A stretch of 64,000 nt of DNA. It comes from an uncultured delta proteobacterium. Lineage in GTDB: Bacteria; Myxococcota_A; UBA9160; SMWR01. Made by a program: the position numbers and the translations under genes. Below, in pieces: positions 17,718-25,955 of the stretch (position 1 is its first letter; each line of letters starts with the position of its first letter). Location: positions 480,001 through 544,000 of the forward strand of contig CAWHTE010000011.1 of the NCBI GenBank assembly GCA_963832165.1. The letters are read 5' to 3'. The notes under the pieces are model-generated. The model worked only from the letters and a program-made list of their open reading frames with translations, was not told the DNA's origin and made no database searches.

Positions 17718-18689
17718 GCGGCCGACCCGAGCGCGGCGTAGAGCGGCGCGGCGAGCAGCGCGGCGTCGTCGGGGCCGCGCAGTCCGTCGCGCAGGTAGGG
17801 AAGCGGCACGGTCGGCAGACCCGTCTCGCGCGCGATCTGCGCGACGTAGTGGCGATTCAGCTCCGCGCGCGCGCGGAGTGCGCTGCCGCACGCTGCGAGC
17901 ACGCGCGTGGAGGGCAGCTCGCCGAGCGCGAGGTCGTCCGGGCAGCGCCGCGAGGCGCTGATCGAGGTCGGCGAGATCGTCGGGGTAGGGCGGCTCGTGC
18001 ACCGCGTTCACCACGACGCGCTCGATCGCAACGCCGAGCTCGTTCTTCGCGCGCGCGACGAGCTCGACGGTCTCGCGCGCGGGCAGCTCCTCGGCGATCG
18101 CCACGGGCAGCAGGAGCGTGCGCTTGCGGTCCTCGATCAGTGCTTCCACGCGCTCGGTGTGATGGCGCAGCGGACCCGCGCGCACCGCCGAGACCACGAC
18201 GCGCGGCACGTCGAGGAACGTGAGGCTGTGTCCCGTGGCGGGCGCGTCGACGATGATCAGGTCGAAGCGCGGCCGGGCGCCGTCGCGCATCTGCTCGAGG
18301 TGCCAGACCTTCCCGAGCGTGATCAGCTCGCGCCAGCCCGGCGACGCGAGCAGGAGCTGGCGGAAGCCGCGCTGCCGCAGCACCGGATCGACCAGGCGCC
18401 GCGTGCCGATCTGGAGACCGAGGTACTCGCCGAGCGCCTCGAAAGGCTCGATGTGGGTGATCCAGACGTTCTCGCGCGCGAGGACGGGCTGGTAGCGGAG
18501 CGGGCCGGGTCGCGCCGAGAGGAGCCCCGCGAGCCGCGCGTCGGGGTCCACCGCCGCCACGAGCACCCGCTTCCCCCGGGCGGCGGCGCCGAGCGCCAGC
18601 GCCGCCGCGATCGTCGTCTTCCCCGTCCCCCCCTTGCCGGTGACGATGACCAGCCGGCGGTGGTCGAGCGGGCTGGCGGGGTGGGTCAA
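17714..18689 (-). CDS. ArsA/Get3-family ATPase (first of pair), frameshifted near 17940
   Basis: TGKGGTGKTT, LGKVWH, VDAPATGH, EELPARET; C-terminus (...PTVPLPYL...) lies in another frame ending at 17714; span is 3n+1. Confidence 0.8.
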
Positions 18690-18762
18690 GCTCGCTTCTC
18701 CGAGCCTCAAGCGGGCAAGCAGCGGCTCCGAAACGTGTGGTTGGAATGGGGGAAACGGTAGC

Positions 18763-19899
18763 GTGATCGTCGTCTGCGAGCGCTGCAGCACCGAGTTCCA
18801 TCTCGACGATGCGCGTGTGCCCGAAACCGGTGCGCGCGTGCGCTGCTCGCGCTGCAAGCACGCGTTCTTCGTCACGCGGCCCGCGAGCACGCCCGAGGAG
18901 GAGATCGACCGCGCGGCGAGCCTCGCGCTCGAGGACGACCCCACGCCCGGCGTCACCGAGGACCTGCCCGACGAGCCGGTTCCGGCGCAGATGGACGCGG
19001 GCGACGACCTCGTCGACGACCTGGACGCCGGCGGGCTTCTCGGCGAGGAGCTGGACGAGGATCCGGTCACTGGGCGCGGGGAGGACTCCGAGAGCGATTG
19101 GGAGTTCAACGGGGACCTGCCCGCGGAGGGCGACGAGTCCTCGCCGGACCTGCACGGAACGCACGCGCCGCCGATGAACGCGCCGCACCGGAAGACGGAT
19201 CGGTTCGGAGACGAGGATTCTGACGGGAGCCTCGATCTCGCGGACGACGAGCCGGCGGCGCCGCCCGCGCGCGAGCCCGACAGCCCCGTCGACTGGGATT
19301 TCCTCGACCGCGGCGCGGAGCGCGCCGCGCCGGTCGCCGCCGCACCGTCGGGGCGCGTCATCACGGTGGAGCCGGATCAACCGCGCGAGATCGCGAGCGA
19401 GTCGCAGCACCCGACCGGCGCAGCACCGCTGGCCCTGCGCCGTGTCGCAGTCGGCGCCGGATGGCTCGCGACTGCCGGCCTGTGCGCGATCGCGTTCTGG
19501 TACGGGCTCGCGCCCGCGGCGCCCGCCGCGACGTCGTGGCCGAATCCCGCACCGGGGATCGCGATCGAGCAGGTGCGCGGGCGCTGGCTCGACAACCTCT
19601 CGGTGGGTCGACTCTATGTGGTGTCGGGCCGCGTACACAACGTCGCACCCACGGCCGCCTCGCTCCCGCCGCTCGTGCTCGAGCTGCGCGACGCCGCGGG
19701 ACAGCCGGTCGGCAGCCCGATCCCCGTGCGCGGGTCGAGCTTCCCGGGGAACCTGCGCACCGCGAGCGCGGCCGAGCTCGCCGCGGCGGGCGCCGATGTA
19801 CCGGGCGGACTCGCGCCCGGCGTCACGTGGGATTTCGAAGTGGTCGCGTGGCCGCTGCCGGACCACGCGGCGCGTTTCGCGATCCGCGCGGGGTCGTAG
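18763..19899 (+). CDS. Zinc-ribbon (MJ0042-type) / DUF3426-like membrane protein
   Basis: CERC...VRCSRCKHAF, acidic linker, one TM, C-terminal VVSGRVHN...LELRDAAG domain. Confidence 0.8.
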   Translation: MIVVCERCSTEFHLDDARVPETGARVRCSRCKHAFFVTRPASTPEEEIDRAASLALEDDPTPGVTEDLPDEPVPAQMDAGDDLVDDLDAGGLLGEELDEDPVTGRGEDSESDWEFNGDLPAEGDESSPDLHGTHAPPMNAPHRKTDRFGDEDSDGSLDLADDEPAAPPAREPDSPVDWDFLDRGAERAAPVAAAPSGRVITVEPDQPREIASESQHPTGAAPLALRRVAVGAGWLATAGLCAIAFWYGLAPAAPAATSWPNPAPGIAIEQVRGRWLDNLSVGRLYVVSGRVHNVAPTAASLPPLVLELRDAAGQPVGSPIPVRGSSFPGNLRTASAAELAAAGADVPGGLAPGVTWDFEVVAWPLPDHAARFAIRAGS

Positions 19900-19906
19900 G
19901 AGCGGG

Positions 19907-20107
19907 CTACGAGGAGCGCGGCGGCTTGCCGTCGCCGACCTCTTCCTTCGGCGTGACGTCGAGCTCGTCCTTGCCGGAGATTCCGGCCTTGAAATTCCGG
20001 ATCGCCTTGCCGACGCCCGCGCCGAGCTCGGGCAGGCGACGCGCGCCGAACAGCACCACGACGATCCCGAGAACGATCAGCAGCTCGGTCGTGCCGATTC
20101 CGAACAT
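19907..20107 (-). CDS. tatA: Twin-arginine translocase TatA/E
   Basis: [40 protein letters not shown]. Confidence 0.95.
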   Translation of the reverse strand: MFGIGTTELLIVLGIVVVLFGARRLPELGAGVGKAIRNFKAGISGKDELDVTPKEEVGDGKPPRSS

Positions 20108-20164
20108 GATTGGCCTCGCCCGGTTAGGGTGGCGGTCGCGAGCTGCGGGGTCAAGCTGACCTAT

Positions 20165-21193
20165 CTAGGAGTCCGACTCCGCCTGGCCTAGCTCCTCGCG
20201 GATCACCGCATCGAGCTCGTCGGCCGATTTGAGACCGGACATCAGGATCCCGTTCACCACGAACGCGGGTGTTCCCGTGATGCCGATCCGCTTCGCCTCC
20301 TGCGCGTCCTGTTCCACGGCGGCCTGATGGCGTCGCGTGCGCACGCACTCGTCGAACGCCCCGGCCTCGAGCCCCACCTCGGCCGCGTACTTGCGCAGAT
20401 CGTCGTCGGAGAGCGCGCGGTTGTTCTCGAACAGCTTGTCGTGGTACTCCCAGAACTTGTTGCCCTCGGCCGCGCACGCGGCCGCCTCGGCGCTCGGCCG
20501 CGCGCGCGGATGCAGGCTGTCGAGCGGCAGGTGGCGATAGACGATCCGCACGTCCTTGGGATGGCGTTTCGCGATCTCGTCGAGCACGGGCTTCGCGCGC
20601 ACGCAGAACGGGCACTGGAAGTCGCTGAACTCGATCAGCGTGACGCGCGCGTCGGCGGGTCCGCGGGCGGCTCCGACCGCGCTCACTTCCACGCGCGGGC
20701 GCTCCAGCTCGATCTTGGTTTCCGCCTTCGCGACGATGTCGTCGAGCGCCTTGCGCTTCGCCTCGTTCTCGAGGTGGGAGCGGATGCGCGGAGAGATCGA
20801 TTCGAACGGAGCGCCCTGGAGCTGAGCCGCGTTCTTGTCGTAGAACGCCTTGACGTCGGCGTCGCTGATCGGCGGCAGCGTCTTGAACTCGGACTCGAGG
20901 AACGCCTCGGACTCCATGCCCTTCTTCTTCGCCGCGGCTTCCACCGCTCGCTTCGCGACCAGCGATTTCGCGGCGGCCATGCGCAGGTCGTGCACGCGCG
21001 ACGGGTTGCCGTCGCCGGTCTCGCGCTTCCAGAGGTCTTCCTTGATCTCGGCGTCGAGCTCGGCGACCGTGATCACCTCGTCGCCGACCCGCGCCGCGAT
21101 CGGCTCGTCCGACTTGCCGTTGCCGAACTTGGCGCACGCCAGCCCGATCGCAGCGAGCGCGACGAGCGATCCAAACGCGAGTCTTCGAACCAT
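20165..21193 (-). CDS. DsbA/thioredoxin-family lipoprotein
   Basis: Lipobox GLAC; EFSDFQCPFC; GITGTPAF (cis-Pro loop). Confidence 0.9.
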   Translation of the reverse strand: MVRRLAFGSLVALAAIGLACAKFGNGKSDEPIAARVGDEVITVAELDAEIKEDLWKRETGDGNPSRVHDLRMAAAKSLVAKRAVEAAAKKKGMESEAFLESEFKTLPPISDADVKAFYDKNAAQLQGAPFESISPRIRSHLENEAKRKALDDIVAKAETKIELERPRVEVSAVGAARGPADARVTLIEFSDFQCPFCVRAKPVLDEIAKRHPKDVRIVYRHLPLDSLHPRARPSAEAAACAAEGNKFWEYHDKLFENNRALSDDDLRKYAAEVGLEAGAFDECVRTRRHQAAVEQDAQEAKRIGITGTPAFVVNGILMSGLKSADELDAVIREELGQAESDS

Positions 21194-21266
21194 GGAACCT
21201 CCGATCGGGCGCATCGGCGCGCACGGGAGCGCGAGTATACGGGTTGAACGCGCGCCGCGACCGCGC

Positions 21267-21956
21267 TCAGGGCGCGAGGCACCGCTTCAGGAAATCCCAG
21301 ATCGCGCTGGCGGCCTCGGCGGGGGACTCGTCGACTTGCAGCACCGGGCGCGGCGCGATCCGCCCGAGGTAGTGCGCGGGATCCGGTCCCCCTGCGAGCG
21401 CAGCGCCGACGCCCGGCGCGAGCGCCGCGGCGGCCGGGCGCGCGTCGAGCGCGCAGAACGCGCTGCCGATCTGTCCGCCGAGCCCGAAGCCCACATAGGC
21501 GATCCGCTCGGCGTCGATCCACTCGGTGGCCGCGAGCGCGTCGAGCGCGCGTTCGAGATCGATCACGGCCTGCTGCGCGAACTCGGCCGCGAGCAGTGCG
21601 CGGCGCGGATCCCCGGCGCGCCCGTCGGTCAACACGCGCAGGAGCTTCTGGTCGGCGCGCGCTCCGTGCAGCGGGAAATCCACCGCAGCCACGGCCGCGC
21701 CCGCGAGGGCCCAGCTCGGGCCGAGCGCGGCGAGCACGCCCGCGGCGGAGTCGCCGAGCGCGTGCTGCACGAGCACGAGTGGATGGGGGCCGCCGCCCTG
21801 CGCGGGCAGGATCAGCTGTCCCGTCACGCGATCGCCCCGGCTCGAGAACTCGAGCTCCTGCGTGCGCAGACCCGGGTGCGCGGCGATCCGCGCGCCCTTG
21901 CGCACCCAGAGCCCGAGCGGCTCGCGATAGCCGGCCAGACGCAGCTCGTCGCTCAT
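21267..21956 (-). CDS. Alpha/beta hydrolase-fold protein with degenerate nucleophile motif
   Basis: PLVLVQH, AVDFPLHGAR, DLERALDAL, IDAERIAYVGFGLGG. Confidence 0.75.
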   Translation of the reverse strand: MSDELRLAGYREPLGLWVRKGARIAAHPGLRTQELEFSSRGDRVTGQLILPAQGGGPHPLVLVQHALGDSAAGVLAALGPSWALAGAAVAAVDFPLHGARADQKLLRVLTDGRAGDPRRALLAAEFAQQAVIDLERALDALAATEWIDAERIAYVGFGLGGQIGSAFCALDARPAAAALAPGVGAALAGGPDPAHYLGRIAPRPVLQVDESPAEAASAIWDFLKRCLAP

Positions 21957-21985
21957 CTCGCGCGCAGCATAGTGCCCGGCGAGAA

Positions 21986-22564
21986 CTAACGGGAGAGCAG
22001 CACCTTGCGGACGCGGTAGAGGTTCGACTTCACCGCGTCCACGCTCTTGTCGAGGAGCACGGCCACCTCGGCGATCGGCCGGTGCTCGAGGTGATGGAGT
22101 CGGAAGAGCTGGCGCTGCTCCGGCGTCAGATCGTGCTCCGCGGCGGACTCGAGCTGATCGATCCGCTCGCGCAGCTCGTAGTAATCGAGCGGCGTGGTGT
22201 CCTGGATCGCCGCGTCGGGGACGGTCTCGAGCTCGCCGCTCTCGTCGGTCTGGAGCGGCACCGTCGGGTGCTGCTTCTTCTTGAAGCGCCCCGAGATCGT
22301 GTGGCGCGCCACGCCGAGCACCCACGCCGCGAACGGCGCCTCGGCCCGGAATGACCCGAGCGAGGTGAACACGTTCACGAACACTTCCTGGGTGGTCTCC
22401 TCGACGTCGGCGCGGTTGTGCAGCCGGGTCTCGACGAAGCGATACACGCGGCCCACGTAACGCCCATAGAGCAGGTCGAAGGCGTCTTTCTCGCCGGACC
22501 GGACGCGCAAGACCAGCTGCTCATCGCTCACATGACGCGCGGGGGAACACGTCGGTGCCGACAT
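21986..22564 (-). CDS. ECF sigma-70 factor
   Basis: AFDLLYGRY, DVEETTQEVF, FAAWVLGVARH, region 4 IAEVAVLLDKSVDAVKSNLYRVR; start may be GTG 22531. Confidence 0.92.
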   Translation of the reverse strand: MSAPTCSPARHVSDEQLVLRVRSGEKDAFDLLYGRYVGRVYRFVETRLHNRADVEETTQEVFVNVFTSLGSFRAEAPFAAWVLGVARHTISGRFKKKQHPTVPLQTDESGELETVPDAAIQDTTPLDYYELRERIDQLESAAEHDLTPEQRQLFRLHHLEHRPIAEVAVLLDKSVDAVKSNLYRVRKVLLSR

Positions 22565-22726
22565 CCCGGACCTCCCAGTGGGCCCCGGGGCTTTCGGCCG
22601 CCTTCCCCCCGGTAGGCGGTCACTCCGGTGCCTGAGAGGGTAGTGGGATCGGCAACTACAATGGTGTTGAAAATTCTTTGGGCGAGCGGAATTCCCCGGA
22701 GGAAACCCGGGGTTGGAGCCGCGGGC

Positions 22727-23293
22727 TCAGAACCGCTCGCGCTCCTCGAACTCGGCGCGCTCCTCGGGAGTGAGATCGAGGTCGGCTGCCGACAGACCCG
22801 AGCGGAAGCCCGCCGCACCCGCGCCGTCGGCCGGATCGGCGCCATCGCCGATCGCCTCGATCAAGGGCGCGACTCCGCTGCCGTTTTCGACGAAGCGCAG
22901 CGCGGCGAGCCGGAGCCCGGGCGCGCCGGCGGCGCGCGCGGCGGCGATCGCGGCGGGCCGGAACTGGGAAGCGAGCAGCACGACCATCACCTCCGCGCCG
23001 GGCCGTAGGCCCGAATCGGGTGCGAGCTGTGCCCAATCGGCCACGCGTGCCGCCACCCAAGCGCGCTGCGCGAGGCCCTCGGCGACGAGCTCGAGGTCGC
23101 CGCCGGGACGGCCGACGAGCGCGATCACGCAGCGCCCCTCGCCGTCGCGGCCCACCCAGTCGATCCGCGTGTCGGCGCCGAGCACGTTCTCTGCGAGCGG
23201 ACGCCAGCCCGGCACGAGCGCGCCGAGCGCATCGCGCAGCGCGCGTCGCCGCTCGTCGGGCGGCGGCGTTCCCGCGATGCGTACCTCAGCCAA
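22727..23293 (-). CDS. Hypothetical protein with weak PD-(D/E)XK/NucS C-terminal-like pattern
   Basis: TRIDWVGRDGEGRCVIAL resembles the ID-x-x-x-x-D-x-x-G pattern but lacks ExK; coupled to the upstream gene. Confidence 0.6.
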   Translation of the reverse strand: MAEVRIAGTPPPDERRRALRDALGALVPGWRPLAENVLGADTRIDWVGRDGEGRCVIALVGRPGGDLELVAEGLAQRAWVAARVADWAQLAPDSGLRPGAEVMVVLLASQFRPAAIAAARAAGAPGLRLAALRFVENGSGVAPLIEAIGDGADPADGAGAAGFRSGLSAADLDLTPEERAEFEERERF

Positions 23294-24071
23294 GGGTCAG
23301 CTTCTGGGCGTCGCTCCAGAGCATCTGCGCGACGTCGCCGAGCGCGCGCGCGGCTCTCGACTGGGGATGTTCGATCCCGATCGGACGGCGCGCCGCGATC
23401 GCGCGATACACGTGCAGGTCGTCGGCGAGCAGCCCGTAGCTCTGCGGCGCGCGGCCCAGGTGGCGCGACGCCACGCGTGCCACGTGCGCGTACGCGCGCT
23501 CGGCCTCGCGCAGCCGGCGCACGCCGTGGATCACGAGGCCGACCAGCGGGTCCGAGCTGCGCCGATAGGCGAGCTTCGCGAGCGCATACGCCTCGCGCAG
23601 GTCGTTCAGCTCGGGTGTGCCGAACAGCAGCATCCAGCGCAGGAGCGGGCGCACCGCCGCGCCGCGCACGAGCCACTCGGGCGGCACGCACACGACCACG
23701 GCGCCGCCCTCGGCGGCGTCCGCGGCTCCCGCGATCGCGGCGTCGAGCGCCGCGTGACCCAGCGCCACGAGGTCGCCCGCTTCGGGATACGACACCTGGG
23801 CGCCGAGCGGACCGCGTCCGGGCTCGGGCCACAGCGCCGCGGCTCCGGGATCGCGCGGCGCAATCATCACCGCGCGCGCGCCGAGCCGCGCGAGCTCGAC
23901 GGTGAGATTCCACGCGAACGCAGCGCGCACCACGTCGCGGCTCGCCACGGGCAGCGTGAGGATCGGCAGCGCGATGGGCATCGGGCCCGTCTCGCGCGGG
24001 CGATCGAAGCGCTCGGAGCGCTCCGCGACTGGAAGGAAATAGTGCAGGACGTCGTCGAGATCGCGCGGCAA
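23286..24071 (-). CDS. Degenerate MinD/FlhG-like protein lacking Walker A
   Basis: AWNLTVELARLGARAVMI, LREAYALAK, DLHVYRAIAARRPI...PQSRAARALGDVA follow the MinD/FlhG layout; no KGGxGKT. Confidence 0.6.
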   Translation of the reverse strand: MPRDLDDVLHYFLPVAERSERFDRPRETGPMPIALPILTLPVASRDVVRAAFAWNLTVELARLGARAVMIAPRDPGAAALWPEPGRGPLGAQVSYPEAGDLVALGHAALDAAIAGAADAAEGGAVVVCVPPEWLVRGAAVRPLLRWMLLFGTPELNDLREAYALAKLAYRRSSDPLVGLVIHGVRRLREAERAYAHVARVASRHLGRAPQSYGLLADDLHVYRAIAARRPIGIEHPQSRAARALGDVAQMLWSDAQKLTLG

Positions 24072-24089
24072 GTGGAGCTCTTCAGCGCA

Positions 24090-25166
24090 TCAGCGCACTA
24101 CGAGAACGGAATTACGGCCGCCGACCTGACTCGCGACGCCTTCCGGATTATCCGGGTCCTCGCGCCATTCACCGTCGACAACATAGCGATATTGATAACG
24201 ACCCGGAGCGAGGTGAAGGATCTTGGTCCAGATCCGCGTCTCGCCTTCGGCCTCGATCAGCGATCGCACGCCCTTGTCGGGCACCCAGCCGTTGAAGTCC
24301 CCGGCGATCCGGACGTCGCTCGCGCGCTCGTCGCGGAATCGCACGACCACCTCGCGCGGCGGGGAGAGATCGGGGGCGATCACGTCGCGCACCGCGTCGG
24401 GTGCGCTCGCGGCCACCTCGATCGCGAGCGCCGCGTAGTCGTGGGCACCGTTCGCGCTGCGCGCCACGGCGTTGATCGGCTTCCCGCGACTCGCCGCTTC
24501 GCGCAGCTTCACGTTCTGGCGGATCACGGTGTCGAAGCACATGTCCTTGAACATCTCGCGGATCTCGCCGAGTGTCTGGCGCGCGTAGCGCGTGCGTCCG
24601 TCGTAGAGCGTGGGCAGGATCCGCACGGTGAGCTCCTGGCCGATCCGCTCCGTGAGCAGCGCGATCGTCTCGAGCAGCTTCTGCACGCCGTGGATCGCGA
24701 AGAAGCTGGTCTCGAGCGGGACGATCACCTCGCGCGCTGCCCGCAGCGCGTTGAACGTGAGCAGCCCGACGTTGGGCGCGCAGTCGATCAGCGCGAAGTC
24801 GTAGCGGTCGCCGAGCGTCGCGAGCGCCTGCGTGAGGCGCGCGGTGCGGTTCTCGACCGGCTCGGCCGCGAGCTTCTGCTCGAGCGCCGAGAGCACGATG
24901 CCCGACGGCGCCACGTCGAGCCGCTCGCCGACCGACACGCACACGCGCGCGAGCCGGCTCGGGCCGTCGGGATCTGCGAACACCTCGTAGAGGTTCTCGT
25001 CGAGGCGGTCGGGGTCGGCGCCGAGCGCGAGCGTGGCGTGTGCCTGGGGATCGAGGTCGACCACGAGCACGCGATGGCCATCCGCGGCGAGTGCACCGGC
25101 GAGATTGACCGTGGTGGTGGTCTTCCCGCAGCCTCCCTTCTGATTCACGATCGCGATCACGCGCAT
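24090..25166 (-). CDS. ParA/Soj-family ATPase fused to a C-terminal CBM48/AMPK-beta-like glycogen-binding domain
   Basis: NQKGGCGKTT, DLDPQ, IDCAP, IRQNVKLREA; C-terminal VRIAGDFNGW...LAPGRYQYRYVVDGEWREDPDNP...NSVL. Confidence 0.9.
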   Translation of the reverse strand: MRVIAIVNQKGGCGKTTTTVNLAGALAADGHRVLVVDLDPQAHATLALGADPDRLDENLYEVFADPDGPSRLARVCVSVGERLDVAPSGIVLSALEQKLAAEPVENRTARLTQALATLGDRYDFALIDCAPNVGLLTFNALRAAREVIVPLETSFFAIHGVQKLLETIALLTERIGQELTVRILPTLYDGRTRYARQTLGEIREMFKDMCFDTVIRQNVKLREAASRGKPINAVARSANGAHDYAALAIEVAASAPDAVRDVIAPDLSPPREVVVRFRDERASDVRIAGDFNGWVPDKGVRSLIEAEGETRIWTKILHLAPGRYQYRYVVDGEWREDPDNPEGVASQVGGRNSVLVVR

Positions 25167-25265
25167 CCGCCGCTCTCCCCCTTGGTTTCCGCGCTCGGTG
25201 CTCGCGAGGCGGCCGCGCTGGATGCGGGCCGGCCCGGAGTCGGGCTACGGAGTGCCGGCGAGGCG

Positions 25266-25286
25266 GTCCGGAGTCGGACTCCGGAC
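25266..25286. promoter_or_regulatory. Perfect 21-bp palindrome (operator or hairpin)
   Basis: gtccggagtc-g-gactccggac between the MerR and ParA genes. Confidence 0.55.
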
Positions 25287-25299
25287 GGGGGCAGTCGTT

Positions 25300-25767
25300 T
25301 CAGGTCAGCCGGTCGTTGGTCCCGGCCGCGGCCGCGGGTGTGCGCGGGCTGCCATCGACGACGCGCTCGGCCCGGAATGCGTCGACCTCGCGCTGTAGCT
25401 GCGCGATCTCGAACACCCATTCCTGACCGGACACGGCGTCGAAGGCGGTGCCGTCCTTGAAGGCCAGCACCACGTCGCCCGTCGCCACCAGCACGACCTC
25501 GGCCAGCGGACGCTCGACCGCGGGCAGGATCTCTCTCAGTGCACGGATCGACTTCCGAATCCGTTGGACCGAGACGCCGGCATCAATCAGTCTTTTCGCA
25601 GTCTTGAGGGCCACCAAATCCTCGAACGCATAACGCGCGTGGCCCCCGGGAGTCCGAGCACCGGGCGGGACCAGATCGGTCTCGTCCCAATATTGGAGCT
25701 GGCGGCGCGAGATCCCGATGATCTTCGCGACGTCACCCACGCGATACAGATCGCGGGTAGCTCTCAT
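25300..25767 (-). CDS. MerR-family HTH regulator
   Basis: YRVGDVAKIIGISRRQLQYWD...GGHARYAFEDL...LIDAGVSVQRIR. Confidence 0.9.
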   Translation of the reverse strand: MRATRDLYRVGDVAKIIGISRRQLQYWDETDLVPPGARTPGGHARYAFEDLVALKTAKRLIDAGVSVQRIRKSIRALREILPAVERPLAEVVLVATGDVVLAFKDGTAFDAVSGQEWVFEIAQLQREVDAFRAERVVDGSPRTPAAAAGTNDRLT

Positions 25768-25955
25768 GTCCGTGGCAGACCCCCCAGTCCACTGGACATT
25801 AGATGGAAAAAAACGCAGGGACGGACCGAAAGTAAGCCGGACCGGGTGCTCGAGTCAACCCAATAAGGGAGTCGAATTGTCTGGATCGGGGGTCGGCCCC
25901 CGTTCCACAGCAAAAGCCCGGCGAAGGACGGGTGAAGGGGATAGGTTTCGGCGAG

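Noticed and set aside
16488..19364. 958-aa tandem ArsA ORF as a real arsenite-pump ATPase
   Set aside because: Results from a frameshift plus upstream read-through; no ars operon genes nearby
22565..22726. Glycine-riboswitch-like words (CTCTCAGG, GCCGAA) and hairpins upstream of the ECF gene
   Set aside because: Motifs are in the wrong order, there is no GGAGA element, and the downstream gene is unrelated to glycine; may just be promoter or leader sequence
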